A stretch of 64,000 nt of DNA from Candidatus Melainabacteria bacterium 17Bon1m (GCA_032128875.1 JAVLKG010000002.1:960001-1024000); one strand, 5' to 3'. Shown: positions 35,454 through 46,254, numbered from the stretch's first letter. Notes: a model not told the origin generated them from the sequence alone. Made by a program: numbers and translations.

Positions 35454-36211
35454 AGAATGAAGTCCTCTCCGAGATACTGTTTGCGTGCGACAGGGCTGTC
35501 TGCGACTTCACGGGACGTGCCCTGAACAAGAATTTTGCCGTAATCGATCAAATAGGCGCGGTCTGTGATTTTCAGCGTCGCGCGAGGGTTGTGGTCGGTG
35601 ATCAAAACGCCCATATTCCATTCATCGCGCAATCTGCGGATGAGACCTTGAATGTCTACGATTGAAATCGGGTCGACCCCTGTAAACGGTTCGTCCAAAA
35701 GAATGAACTCAGGCTCAATAGCCAGACAGCGCGCGATTTCCAGACGGCGGCGTTCACCACCGGAAAGAGAGACGGCGGTCATATTGCCCAGGTGGGTCAA
35801 ACCGAATTGTTCGAGAAGCCAGTCGATTCTCTCGTTTTGTTCGCGCCTGCCCATCTTGCGCAGTTCGAGGACCAAGCGAATGTTTTCTTTGCATGTCAGT
35901 TTGCGGAAAATCGAATTTTCCTGCGGCAGATAACCAACGCCCATGCGTGCGCGCTCGTGAATGGGCTTTCTGGTCATTTCTTTGTCGCCCAGAGCAATCT
36001 TGCCTCGCTCGGGTTTCACCAGTCCCAAGACCATGTCGAATGACGTGGTTTTTCCAGCTCCGTTTCTGCCGAGTAGGCCGACAATCTCGCCGCGACTTAC
36101 ATGGAAGCTGACACCGTCAACGACTTTTCTGCCGCTGTAGCTCTTCTGCAAATTTTCAACAGTGAGCGTTTTAGTCGCTACACCGGTTCGATTAAGTGCG
36201 GTTGCTGTCAT
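35450..36211 (-). CDS. lptB: LPS export ABC ATPase
   Basis: GRNGAGKTT, YLPQENSIFRKL, LSGGERRRLEIAR, LLDEPFTGVDP, ITDHN. Confidence 0.95.
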   Translation of the reverse strand: MTATALNRTGVATKTLTVENLQKSYSGRKVVDGVSFHVSRGEIVGLLGRNGAGKTTSFDMVLGLVKPERGKIALGDKEMTRKPIHERARMGVGYLPQENSIFRKLTCKENIRLVLELRKMGRREQNERIDWLLEQFGLTHLGNMTAVSLSGGERRRLEIARCLAIEPEFILLDEPFTGVDPISIVDIQGLIRRLRDEWNMGVLITDHNPRATLKITDRAYLIDYGKILVQGTSREVADSPVARKQYLGEDFIL

Positions 36212-37731
36212 TTTGGGGTATCCACCTTGGTGACGCTCAGCTTTGTAGATTCAGGCGCCGATTTTGGTTGAGTAGTGGCAATTGTGCTTCTAGGCACGAC
36301 GAACATCGGAGATTTTGATGCGGTGGTTGGCTGTTTTTGCGCCAGCTGCGTTCCGCCGCCGCTGCCGGGGGCTTTTTGCTGAAGAATGAATGCTTTGGTG
36401 TTGCCTTCTGCAATAACTTTGTTGTCTGCGACCGTATAAGTAATACGGTCGGCAATCCAGCGCTTACCGGGCTGAGTAATCTGGCAGCGCCCGTAAAGAA
36501 GTACCTTTTCTGTTTCGCCTGTCGTCAAGTTTTTCACCATGACCATTTTGGGTGCAACGCCAATCGTCTCTCCATATAAGAGTTTGACGTTACCATCTGC
36601 CGTGCAGCGACCGGTGTTTTCACTGTAGTCTTGCGAATCAGAGAAAATGAAGATTGGCTGCTTGTCAGCTTCGTCAGCAGCATTTGCTGCTTGCATCTCT
36701 GCCGCTTCCGGGCTTTCAGCGCTCTGCTCACCGGTGATGTCTACAGCCGGAGTGCTTGGTCTTCTAATGGACTCGGTGGCGACTATAGGCTTGTTGGTTC
36801 CGGTTTTAAAGGTGCTGAATGGGCCCCCCTTTTTAGGAGCTTCAGCTTGCTGAGTCTGAACCACCGTTGATTTCACATGTCCTGTCGCTTGTAACCGCTT
36901 CGTCGTTAGGAAGTACGTCATCAAGTCCGACTCCGTACAGTTCTTGCCCTGCGTCGCTTTTACGTGCCCCGTAAAGAGTGCCGTTTCCGGCTTTTGCTCT
37001 GCGTCATAAACGAGCTTCAGAGTGTCGGATTTGACGAAGATGTCTCCTGTTTTGACTCTTACATTGCCGCGCGCATCGAATTGACCGGTCGTGCGGTTAT
37101 ATTGCTGGCGGTCAGCATCAGTGATGATTTTTTCGTGCTTTGTAGGTTGGTCTTTTGGCTTGGTTGCCGGAGTCGCTTTTGGTGCGTCCTCGCTGGCAAC
37201 TTCCGAGGGGTTTTCGGATGACTCGCCGTCTGGTTTGGTCTCGTCAGTTGAATCCGTAGATGCTGTCACCTCTTTAGCCGGCTTTTTCGCTGTCGCTTTG
37301 TTGTCGGTTTTCTTAGGTGTTTTCGCCGTGCTCGAATTTTCCTGAGGAATGACCTCAGAGTGCGCATTACCTTCAGCAATGATGATGGATGATGCCATCT
37401 CGAAAGTCAGCTTGTCTGCATGAATCAGGTTTTGTCCCTGACGCAAGCGAGGATGACCTGTGAAGATGGCGCGCTGTGGTTTTCCGTTAGCGTCTTTGAA
37501 AAGAGTCGCAATCGGTGCGTCGATGATGCTGTCTTTGTAAGTCACGCGAACATTGCCGCGGGCAATGACGTGATCGTCTGCAAATTCTTGTTCGTTTGCC
37601 TGAATATCAATCGTGCCGCCGCCGCTGTCGTCGATCGCGAATTGAGCGGTGGCTTGCAGAGGTGCCAAAAGAAGTAATGCGGCCGTAAACACGGTCGAGG
37701 AAATTTTGAGTGTCTGGCTTTGCTTTCTCAC
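36208..37731 (-). CDS. lptA: LptA/OstA-family periplasmic bridge protein with three beta-jellyroll repeats
   Basis: Signal peptide; three repeats (ARGNVRV, ARGNVRV, ADGNVKL); lies between lptC and lptB. Confidence 0.8.
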   Translation of the reverse strand: MRKQSQTLKISSTVFTAALLLLAPLQATAQFAIDDSGGGTIDIQANEQEFADDHVIARGNVRVTYKDSIIDAPIATLFKDANGKPQRAIFTGHPRLRQGQNLIHADKLTFEMASSIIIAEGNAHSEVIPQENSSTAKTPKKTDNKATAKKPAKEVTASTDSTDETKPDGESSENPSEVASEDAPKATPATKPKDQPTKHEKIITDADRQQYNRTTGQFDARGNVRVKTGDIFVKSDTLKLVYDAEQKPETALFTGHVKATQGKNCTESDLMTYFLTTKRLQATGHVKSTVVQTQQAEAPKKGGPFSTFKTGTNKPIVATESIRRPSTPAVDITGEQSAESPEAAEMQAANAADEADKQPIFIFSDSQDYSENTGRCTADGNVKLLYGETIGVAPKMVMVKNLTTGETEKVLLYGRCQITQPGKRWIADRITYTVADNKVIAEGNTKAFILQQKAPGSGGGTQLAQKQPTTASKSPMFVVPRSTIATTQPKSAPESTKLSVTKVDTPK

Positions 37732-37770
37732 AACGAGTTTCCGATTCTAGGGTCTTCCTGGTTCGATTTC

Positions 37771-38382
37771 CTAAATGCTCACAAGAGAGTGCGTATTGCC
37801 GATGACTTTCACGTTGTGAATCCCGCCCTTCACGAACTCGCCAACTGCCTGGTTTCCGGTCACCTTGGCTACCCCGGGCATGTCGATGTTAACACCACCT
37901 GTAGCTACAAACTGATTTTTTTTACTTAACTCCAATCTTGAAGACTCCATGCGACCCTTCCCGGGCTCACCTTCCGCGACCACGCGCGACGACTTATTGG
38001 AATCCAGACTGACTTTTCGCGTTGCTTCGTTGGCCACCCCAGTCGGGGCCGAAAGACGCATTTTAATTTTGTTATCTTTGTAGTATTCGACAATAACTTC
38101 GGTCAAAGTGACGTCTTTTGTCGCCGTCAACATGGTTCCTGTTTTTGCTGTCAGATGCCAGCGCAAATTGTTGCTGTCATCGACCTCTTTTAGTTCGTAA
38201 TTGTCGATGGCGACTCGATCCTGCATCGGATTTTCTTTTTGTTCTTTTTTATAGGATTCCATCTCGATGCGAGCTTGCTCGTTCGAGAAGTACCAGAAAT
38301 AAGTTAGTCCGGCAGGGATTGAAAGCGCTGCGACCAATTTCAGCGTGTTCTTGCTAAAGATTTTTCCGAGAAAATTCGACAT
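37771..38382 (-). CDS. lptC: LPS export periplasmic protein LptC
   Basis: N-terminal TM, LRWHLTAKTG, beta-rich; upstream of lptA. Confidence 0.75.
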   Translation of the reverse strand: MSNFLGKIFSKNTLKLVAALSIPAGLTYFWYFSNEQARIEMESYKKEQKENPMQDRVAIDNYELKEVDDSNNLRWHLTAKTGTMLTATKDVTLTEVIVEYYKDNKIKMRLSAPTGVANEATRKVSLDSNKSSRVVAEGEPGKGRMESSRLELSKKNQFVATGGVNIDMPGVAKVTGNQAVGEFVKGGIHNVKVIGNTHSLVSI

Positions 38383-38402
38383 GCCTTGTTGTTTCTACCT
38401 GC

Positions 38403-39494
38403 CTATTGGGACGCGCCACGCAAGGCGATTGCCCGGGAAATATTTGCCAAACACTCTTTCAAATTGCCTTGCTTGAGATAGCCTTCGCCAAGGAAAAAGA
38501 AAGCGGCAGGATTATTCGGAAAACGTTGTGCGCAGTCTTTCCAAACTGACATGGAAGAATCCAGATCTCCTGTGTATTCAAGGTTCAAATGCGCTCTGTA
38601 GGCAATTGCCCAAACATCATCTGGTTTTCTTCTGATCAACTCGTCGAGATTGCTAAGCGCGGATTGATAATAAGACTTTACTTGTGCCACTACAGAAGGT
38701 GCAGCCTGCTCCAGAGCACCTTTGATATGGGGTGCATCTGCTCCGGTTTTCAGCTCCGGCAATTTGATGGCGTTTCCATCTTTGTCCTTAGGCATGTATG
38801 GTAGTGCCCAGGCATTCAGCCAATTTGGCGAACCTGAATTTGGTTTTGCTGCATTATTATCGTTGCCGGCGTTGTTGCTGTTCTTCGCGGATTGAGCAGC
38901 TGCAGCCTGCTTGAGTTTTTCCAGATATTCTTGCTCTTTTTTCGACTGTCTGGCGATCAAATAAGCCTTCATGTAATACGCCCAGGCGAGTCCATAACGA
39001 ACGCGGTTTTCGTCCGGATAGTTTTTCACCATGTCTTCGTATTGCAGGATCATCTTGTCGAAATACGCGGGACCACCGTCTTTTTCAGCCAGACGGCGCG
39101 CTCGCCGGATTTCTTTTAGTGCTTCTTCGACTCTGCTTGTGCGGGTTAATGCGACAGCATAAATAAAACTTGCCTCGGCGCTCTCCGGATAAGCTTCAGC
39201 TTGCTTTTTGGCTAGTGCTGGATCATCAGTGGGCACCAAGTCTTCGGTCGCTGTACCGACATTTATTTCGACACCTGGTTTGGCAATAATTTTTTTGCGA
39301 ACCGCAGCAGTGTCACCATCTTTGGTGCCGGTGGTGCCACCGTTTAAACTTTCACTTGCGCCGCCGGTTGGTAAAACGACTGGCGGTGCTGTCTCCTGCA
39401 CATCTGCAGCCCACACAGGCGCAAAAGAGACGGCAATGGAAAAGCACAATGTGCTTGCCATAAATTTGGTCTGACTTTGGTAACTTCTAATCAA
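38403..39494 (-). CDS. Exported TPR-like hypothetical protein (alternative start ATG 39461)
   Basis: Signal peptide ...APVWA; TPR-like AAFFFLGEGYLKQG. Confidence 0.75.
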   Translation of the reverse strand: MIRSYQSQTKFMASTLCFSIAVSFAPVWAADVQETAPPVVLPTGGASESLNGGTTGTKDGDTAAVRKKIIAKPGVEINVGTATEDLVPTDDPALAKKQAEAYPESAEASFIYAVALTRTSRVEEALKEIRRARRLAEKDGGPAYFDKMILQYEDMVKNYPDENRVRYGLAWAYYMKAYLIARQSKKEQEYLEKLKQAAAAQSAKNSNNAGNDNNAAKPNSGSPNWLNAWALPYMPKDKDGNAIKLPELKTGADAPHIKGALEQAAPSVVAQVKSYYQSALSNLDELIRRKPDDVWAIAYRAHLNLEYTGDLDSSMSVWKDCAQRFPNNPAAFFFLGEGYLKQGNLKECLANISRAIALRGASQ

Positions 39495-39676
39495 CTTCTT
39501 GTCAACTTCCGCTTTCTCACCGCCGAAACGGTAGTCAATTGCATATAGGACACCTGAAATTGGCAGGTGTGCGGCTCTTAAGAACTGCCTGATCTTAACA
39601 GACGACAGGAAGTTGCCAGTTGGTCCCGTAGTCCTCTTAAAAAGTTTTCGTCAAATCGGTAATGATCCGCACGAAA

Positions 39677-40345
39677 TCAAGCCAGTTTCTGGCTTCTACC
39701 GTTAAGAATTATTCGCGCGACATCGTCAAGAGAATCTACGATGTAAAGAGGATCTGCTGTGATCAAAATATCTTTGCTGTGAATGCCAGTGGTCACACCG
39801 ATAGCATCAACACCAGCATTGCGAGCCATTTCCAGGTCGTAAATACTGTCGCCAATCACAACTGTGTCAGAGTGCTGCATTCCCAGCAGTTTTATCGTAT
39901 GGTGCACGGACTCCGGGTGCGGCTTATGGTGGGTAATATCGGTAGCGCCGACGACCACTTCGAAATAAGGCGACAAATCGTGATGATCAAGAACCACTTC
40001 AATAAGCGGTCGGCGCTTTGATGAGGCTATAGAGATTTTGATACCGGCATCTCGCAAGCTGTTGAGCATGGAGATCAGGTCTGGAAAGAGCGGGCAAATT
40101 TCAATAGTTTTTCCGTCATAGATGGCGCGGTATCGATCGGCCACCTCCAACCAGAAGTCTTCCGAATGATTCGGAAAGATAATTTCCATCTGCTTGCCGA
40201 GCGGAACCCCCACCAGGTCACGCCACTTAGTCAAAATGTCTTCATGGAGATCGTATTCAATAACGACTTGACGCATAACGTCGATAATTCCAGGAGCGGA
40301 ATCGACAAGGGTGCCGTCAAAGTCAAAGATTGCGAGTTTGTACAA
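39677..40345 (-). CDS. HAD-family phosphatase (Gph/PpaX-like)
   Basis: FDFDGTLVDS, KPHPE, IGDSIYDLEMARNAG. Confidence 0.9.
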   Translation of the reverse strand: MYKLAIFDFDGTLVDSAPGIIDVMRQVVIEYDLHEDILTKWRDLVGVPLGKQMEIIFPNHSEDFWLEVADRYRAIYDGKTIEICPLFPDLISMLNSLRDAGIKISIASSKRRPLIEVVLDHHDLSPYFEVVVGATDITHHKPHPESVHHTIKLLGMQHSDTVVIGDSIYDLEMARNAGVDAIGVTTGIHSKDILITADPLYIVDSLDDVARIILNGRSQKLA

Positions 40346-40346
40346 A

Positions 40347-41483
40347 TTAGACGCTCACTTTTCGATGGGATTCGATAAGGTCGAAAAAGCGCTCGAAAAG
40401 ATAGTTTGCGTCATGTGGTCCGGGGCTGGATTCCGGGTGGTATTGCACACCAAAAATTGGCAGTGTTTTATGGCGGAAACCTTCAACACTGTGGTCATTG
40501 AGATTCACGTGAGTTAGTTCTAGTGAATCCGGAAAGCTATCTTCGGCAACTGCAAAACCATGGTTTTGGCAGGTGATTTCAACTTTACCTGTAAGTAAAT
40601 CTTTGACCGGCTGGTTGCCGCCGCGATGGCCGAACTTAAGCTTGTAAGTCTGTGCGCCCATAGAGATGCAAAGCAGCTGATGCCCCAGGCAGATGCCAAA
40701 AATAGGCAGACCGGCGGAAATCAATTTAGGCAACTCATTCAAGACTCCGGCGCAAGCTGCTGGATCTCCGGGACCATTGGAAAGAAATACAGCATCAGGC
40801 TTATCTGACAATACTTTGTCCGCTTTAGCCGATGCCGGATACACAGTCAGTGCCATGTCCCTAGCTGCCAATTGGTCCAAAATGCTCTTCTTTACACCGA
40901 AGTCCATGACTGCAACCTTATACTTGCCGACTCCGACCTTATAAGGCTCTTTCGTCGTCACTTCATCGGTGAGGTCTAAACCTTCCATTTCACTGGACGA
41001 TTTTGCCAGTGCAACCAATTTTTCCGGGTCGAGAATCTCCGTGGACATTGCTGAACGCATCGCCCCTTTGTCGCGGATGTGTCGAGTAATGGCGCGCGTG
41101 TCTACATCGGAGATGCCTAAGATTCCTTGAGATTCCAGAAAATCGGAGAGTGAAGCAGTCGCTCTCCAGTTGCTGTAGACCCTGCTCAAATGCCTGATTA
41201 CCAGACCGCGTGCGAATATCTTTCGAGACTCGACATCTTCATTATTAGTCCCGTAATTACCTATTTCAGGATATGTGAGAGTGACAATCTGACCGGCATA
41301 GCTCGGGTCTGTCATTATCTCCTGGTAACCGCTCAAGCTGGTATTGAACACCAACTCTCCGGTTGTCGTGCCGGCTTTGCCGAACGCAAGCCCTGCAAAA
41401 GTCTCACCGTCTTCCAGCGCAAGTAGGCAGCGCTTGGGCGACTCAGTCGCTTTTGCGTTTTTTGTATCCGATGCTTCCACCAA
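40347..41483 (-). CDS. carA: Carbamoyl-phosphate synthase small subunit
   Basis: GELVFNTSLSGYQE..TDPSY, LSNGPGDP, GICLGHQ, QYHPESSPGPHD. Confidence 0.97.
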   Translation of the reverse strand: MVEASDTKNAKATESPKRCLLALEDGETFAGLAFGKAGTTTGELVFNTSLSGYQEIMTDPSYAGQIVTLTYPEIGNYGTNNEDVESRKIFARGLVIRHLSRVYSNWRATASLSDFLESQGILGISDVDTRAITRHIRDKGAMRSAMSTEILDPEKLVALAKSSSEMEGLDLTDEVTTKEPYKVGVGKYKVAVMDFGVKKSILDQLAARDMALTVYPASAKADKVLSDKPDAVFLSNGPGDPAACAGVLNELPKLISAGLPIFGICLGHQLLCISMGAQTYKLKFGHRGGNQPVKDLLTGKVEITCQNHGFAVAEDSFPDSLELTHVNLNDHSVEGFRHKTLPIFGVQYHPESSPGPHDANYLFERFFDLIESHRKVSV

Positions 41484-41928
41484 TTCGAGTATCCTCTTTT
41501 AATCAATTATATTACCGGAAACCCCTGAACTGGGTACGATCCTACAGCTAATCGGGTCGGAAGCTTTACGACGCAATTGTTACCGACCGTGTTCCGCTAG
41601 CCGTTCTGTAGAGCTTTTGCATATGCTCTGGGCGGTAGAAGCGGTTCGGATAGCACCTTCCAGCGCAATCAAGGATATAAGTTGCAAGCGCCTGACTGTT
41701 TCCGTCTCAGAATTTGTTAATTGGCGTAACAACGCGAAAGTATTTCCAGCTGTCCAGCTTTCTATGTAATTTCTTCTTCTGTTTATGAGCTGAATATAAG
41801 CGTTTCTTTAGGGAGTGCACGGCGCGCCTTTGTAGAATTAGAGAGCTTATTTCTCAGGTTTTTGAGAGCTAGACATCAAGTAGACAAGGTCTAGCCGACT
41901 CGAACCGATTCTAACGGACGACACCTAG

Positions 41929-43542
41929 ATGAACGATTTGACCCAGTACGCCATTTGCATCAAGTATCTCCTTCCTGAGATATGTCTTGTTGTGGCGATT
42001 CTTTTGGCTGCACTGTGGAACCTTTTCGTTCCCAAAGCAAAAGAATGGACACCGTTTTTCAGTCTGCTCGGACTGACATCTGCGATGTGGTTCTTGATGA
42101 AGTCATGGTCCAGTACAGCGTTGCCGCTGTTCAATGGACTATTCACCGTCGACCAATTGACGACAAGCTTCGGATTGCTCGCCTGTATGGTCGGTGCCAT
42201 TTGCGTTTTGATGACTGTCGGCTACGAACATCACCTGGGCAGAAACCGCGGAGAGTTCTATGCGATTTTGCTGACAGCTGTTCTTTCCGTCATGCTGCTA
42301 GCCGGCTCGACTGACTTGATTATGCTTTTCGTCAGTCTCGAGACGCTCAGTATCTGCTGCGTTATCTTGGCTGGTTTTTCTAAAACAGACGCGCGCAGCA
42401 GTGAAGCCGCGCTCAAGTATTTACTGTCTACCGCTGCTACTACCGCCACCCTCTTATACGGTCTTTCTTTCTTATATGGCATGACCGGATCGACTAGCTT
42501 TCAGGCTATCCGTGAGCGCCTGGAAATGCCGATGTCTTCCCCAACAGAGATGATGGGAAGTGTTTTTCTCTTGGTGCTACTTTTGAGCGCGGTTGGTTTC
42601 AAACTTTCACTCGTTCCATTCCACATGTGGACACCGGACGTATATGAAGGTGCACCCACACCAGTTACTGCTTTCCTTTCTATCGGTTCAAAAGCCGGTG
42701 GATTTGTGGTGGCATTGCGCTTGCTCGTCGACGTTTTCGGCAAGCAGTCTTCCGACTGGGTAATTGTTGTAAGCGCTCTGGCAATTCTCTCGATGGTCGT
42801 GGGCAACCTGGTTGCGCTCGCGCAGAAATCATTCAAGAGAATGTTGGCTTATTCTTCCATCGCGCATGTCGGCTACATCATGATCGGCATGCTCGCCGTC
42901 AACCATGAAGGGTTGGGGGCAATGATGTATTACGTCGTCGTCTACGGCTTTATGAATCTCGGCGCCTTCGCCGGAGCGATTCTCTTCGCCAACGAAACCG
43001 GCAGCGACAAGATAGATGATTACGCTGGTTTGATTCGCAAACGGCCCTTGCTCGCTTTGGGCATGTCTGTTTGCCTGCTCAATCTGGCTGGACTGCCGAT
43101 TCCTCCGGCTGGTTTTTTCGCCAAGCTCTTCGTCTTCTGGGCAGGCTCTTCCATTCAAACACCGGTCGGTGGCATTCCGCTGGGCGCCTTGCTAGTGGCA
43201 GTTGCTCTTGCAACATCGGTGCCGGCAATCTATTACTACACTCAAGTAGTAATCAAAATGATCGTCGACAAGCCGTCTGCAAAAGTTGAAGCTTTGCCGA
43301 AAGAGAAAGCCTATATCGACAGCCCGCAAGAAGCTCCGGCTCTGGCTCTGGCGATGTGCTTGATTGTGATCGTTGCAACGGGAACCACTGCAGTCGATCC
43401 GGTTATGAAATTCTCGAAAGAAGCTGTCAAACCACTAATTGCTCGTCCATCTACTGTTGTTCCTCCCGTCAGCCTGCTGGAAGACTCATCTCCTTTTGGC
43501 AGAACAGCTGAAATCGCGGGAAATACAGGATTGACACACTAA
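41929..43542 (+). CDS. nuoN: NADH-quinone oxidoreductase subunit N (NuoN/NdhB)
   Basis: SSEAALKY, FKLSLVPFHMWTPDVYEGAPTPVTAFLS, KRMLAYSSIAH. Confidence 0.95.
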   Translation: MNDLTQYAICIKYLLPEICLVVAILLAALWNLFVPKAKEWTPFFSLLGLTSAMWFLMKSWSSTALPLFNGLFTVDQLTTSFGLLACMVGAICVLMTVGYEHHLGRNRGEFYAILLTAVLSVMLLAGSTDLIMLFVSLETLSICCVILAGFSKTDARSSEAALKYLLSTAATTATLLYGLSFLYGMTGSTSFQAIRERLEMPMSSPTEMMGSVFLLVLLLSAVGFKLSLVPFHMWTPDVYEGAPTPVTAFLSIGSKAGGFVVALRLLVDVFGKQSSDWVIVVSALAILSMVVGNLVALAQKSFKRMLAYSSIAHVGYIMIGMLAVNHEGLGAMMYYVVVYGFMNLGAFAGAILFANETGSDKIDDYAGLIRKRPLLALGMSVCLLNLAGLPIPPAGFFAKLFVFWAGSSIQTPVGGIPLGALLVAVALATSVPAIYYYTQVVIKMIVDKPSAKVEALPKEKAYIDSPQEAPALALAMCLIVIVATGTTAVDPVMKFSKEAVKPLIARPSTVVPPVSLLEDSSPFGRTAEIAGNTGLTH

Positions 43543-43556
43543 AGTGAATCAGTGAG

Positions 43557-46208
43557 ATGAGCCTACACTCGCTCGTCCAACTGAAGAATCAGATTGCCGA
43601 CCCGACTAAACTCAGTCGTCCTCTTCGGTATCTGTTGCTCTTCTTTGCAGTTATTGTTCCTCTTGTAATTCACTATTATCCGTATTTGTTCGGCGGGCGC
43701 TCTTTTGTGTCTTCCGATCATCATCTTTTCTTTGAACCGTTTTGCCGCTTCATGGGAGACGCGTATAGAGAAGGGCGTCTGCCTTTGTGGAACCGCTGGC
43801 TGTATTTTGGAATGCCGCAATTCGCCTTGCCGTCTCCATCATATTTGTATCCACCCACTTTGTTGTATGCGCTGTTTTCGTATAGCCAAGGACTTTCGAT
43901 ACAGCAAATTCTGCATCACAGCGTTGCTGCTATTGGTGGGTGTCTACTTGCTGAAAGCCTTGGTTTGAGCTTTGGCGCATCAGCATGTGCCGGGCTGGCT
44001 TTTGCATTTAGCGGATACATGTTTACTTTGAGCGCTAATTATTCGCTTGTTGCTGGTGTTAGCTGGCTTCCCATGGCATTGTTTGCATCGCGCAGAATAC
44101 GTTTTGCAGAAACGCTCGCGCAGCGATCGCAGTGGATAATTGTCCTTTCAGTCTGTGTTTTCCTGATGATCAGTGCCGGCCGACCTGAGGTTTTTGTGCC
44201 GGTTATGGTGATTGTTCTGGCGCACGCTCTGACGGGTATTGGACGTCATTACTTGTTGAAGTTCAAAACTAGCTGGAAGCGACAAGCGGACATTGAAACG
44301 ATCGATCCGGCAGCACAACTGCATGACGAGAGACCGTTGAAACTTTTCTTTTGCCGTTTGCTTGCCCTGGCGATTGGTGGCTGCCTTTGTATGCCGTTGC
44401 TGTTACCGGCGCTCGAATGGGCTTCTGGTTCGACTCGAGCGAAAGGACTTGATCCTAGTGAAGTAACTATCTGGAGTGCAAATTGGTACAGCTTTCTGAC
44501 AATGATTTTGGCGCAACCGTTTGGCGATTTGCAGACAATCGGTAACGCCTTCTTGCCTGTCGCAGCTGACCGCGCTGCCTACATGCCTTTCCTGCCATCT
44601 GCTTATGTTGGCGCGGCCGTTTTTACTTTAGCAATACTTGGTCTCTTTCATACTCGCTCACCATGGCTGGTGCCTGTTGGTTTGTTGCTGGTGGCAGGAA
44701 CTACATTCTCGCTGGGGCGTTACACGCCAATTTTGCCGTGGTTGATTCATACCTTCCCATCACTGGCTGTTTTTCGCTATCCGGTTAAGCTGCTTATCCT
44801 GCCGATTATGGCGCTGTGTCTGCTTGCCGCTTTTGGGATTCAAGCTGCTAAAGACAATCGCATCGGCTACAAAGCGCTGCAAAAAATGGCGCTATTTTGG
44901 ATTGTGGTGATGCTGGGAGGCATTCTATCTGTCTTTCTAGGAAGGTATTGGCTCACCCTACAATCCGCAAAACTCGGCATCAATTCTGAGATTGCAATTG
45001 CTATTGGCACGGCGGTCTTTCACAGCGGTGCAATTGGTCTGACAATGGTGTCAATTTGCATTTTGCGCTACAAAAATCTCTTAGGCCATTTTGGTTTTAT
45101 TCTCTTTACCGGCTTGCTTCTAACGATGGACTTGTTTGGGACATCTATTCGTTTTCCCGCATTGTCAGCGCCTTCAAGCTTTTACAGTGATAAGCCCATT
45201 GTTGTAAAAATGCTGGAGAAACAAGTTGGCGAGTCCGCGATTTCAAAAACGCGAGTCTTGAATATTTACTACGATCCGCTGGCAGCTCCTGCCTCTACCT
45301 TCCAGGGAGAGCCCAGGGAGCGGACTCTTAAATACTACAGATACTGCCGTGATTTGCTTGTTTGCAATAGCAATATGGACTACGGTGTGCAGCAGGCTTA
45401 CGGATACGAAGGAACATTGTCTGCAAAATACAGGCATCTTGCTCTCAGTATCATCAATGATATAAGAAACGCCAGCGCCGCCGAAGAAAACGAAAAGGAT
45501 GCGAAGGTCGGCAGCGACAGTGTTTTCGATGAGCGCATGCGCAGGTTTGCAGACGCCGCAGGTCTTCAGTTTGTCACCTGTCAGCTTCGACGTGATGGGC
45601 AGAAACAACCGGATCTTTCTTTTGACGATTTCGAGATTGTAGAAGATATCGATTCGAAAAACATTCGACTATACAAAGTGAGACGCCCGAAAGCGAGAGT
45701 TGAACTCACTGAGCATTGGACATGGGTTGACACTACTGAACAAGCATTTCAAATTTTGCAGGTGGAGAAGGCTAAAGATAATGGATTGTCCTTGATGCCG
45801 CTTATTGAGAAACGAAAGGACGAGAACAAGTCATATCCTCTGGGTTTTGTCAGCGAGTGTACACCCAGCAAAGCCACATGTGAAATATTGTGCGACAAGC
45901 CTGAGCATGTCACTGTCTCTGTCAATGTGCCCCGTCCTTGTATGTTGATTTTGCGAGATCAGTTTTATCCTGGATGGAAGGCGCTCCTTGATTCAGTATC
46001 AGTGCCCATCTATCGAGCTAATGGATTTACAAGGGCGGTGTATGTACCGGCTGGTGCTCATGCCATCGAGTTTAATTACAAACCTGATAGCTTGAAATAT
46101 GGCGTGCGTATCGCCCTTGTTGCTCTTGCAGCTTTAGCTGTGCTTGCTTTTTTAGCTTTTGCACCTGGTGTCTGGCGTTTTGTGAAATGGACGGCCGGAC
46201 AAAACTGA
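43557..46208 (+). CDS. YfhO-family (GT-C fold) membrane protein
   Basis: GRLPLWNRWLYFGMP, FRYPVK, FYPGWKA...YRANGFTRAVYVPAGAHAIEFNY. Confidence 0.85.
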   Translation: MSLHSLVQLKNQIADPTKLSRPLRYLLLFFAVIVPLVIHYYPYLFGGRSFVSSDHHLFFEPFCRFMGDAYREGRLPLWNRWLYFGMPQFALPSPSYLYPPTLLYALFSYSQGLSIQQILHHSVAAIGGCLLAESLGLSFGASACAGLAFAFSGYMFTLSANYSLVAGVSWLPMALFASRRIRFAETLAQRSQWIIVLSVCVFLMISAGRPEVFVPVMVIVLAHALTGIGRHYLLKFKTSWKRQADIETIDPAAQLHDERPLKLFFCRLLALAIGGCLCMPLLLPALEWASGSTRAKGLDPSEVTIWSANWYSFLTMILAQPFGDLQTIGNAFLPVAADRAAYMPFLPSAYVGAAVFTLAILGLFHTRSPWLVPVGLLLVAGTTFSLGRYTPILPWLIHTFPSLAVFRYPVKLLILPIMALCLLAAFGIQAAKDNRIGYKALQKMALFWIVVMLGGILSVFLGRYWLTLQSAKLGINSEIAIAIGTAVFHSGAIGLTMVSICILRYKNLLGHFGFILFTGLLLTMDLFGTSIRFPALSAPSSFYSDKPIVVKMLEKQVGESAISKTRVLNIYYDPLAAPASTFQGEPRERTLKYYRYCRDLLVCNSNMDYGVQQAYGYEGTLSAKYRHLALSIINDIRNASAAEENEKDAKVGSDSVFDERMRRFADAAGLQFVTCQLRRDGQKQPDLSFDDFEIVEDIDSKNIRLYKVRRPKARVELTEHWTWVDTTEQAFQILQVEKAKDNGLSLMPLIEKRKDENKSYPLGFVSECTPSKATCEILCDKPEHVTVSVNVPRPCMLILRDQFYPGWKALLDSVSVPIYRANGFTRAVYVPAGAHAIEFNYKPDSLKYGVRIALVALAALAVLAFLAFAPGVWRFVKWTAGQN

Positions 46209-46254
46209 GTTGCAATGATGCTAGGATCATAGGTACCGTTGATGAGAGTTTTTT

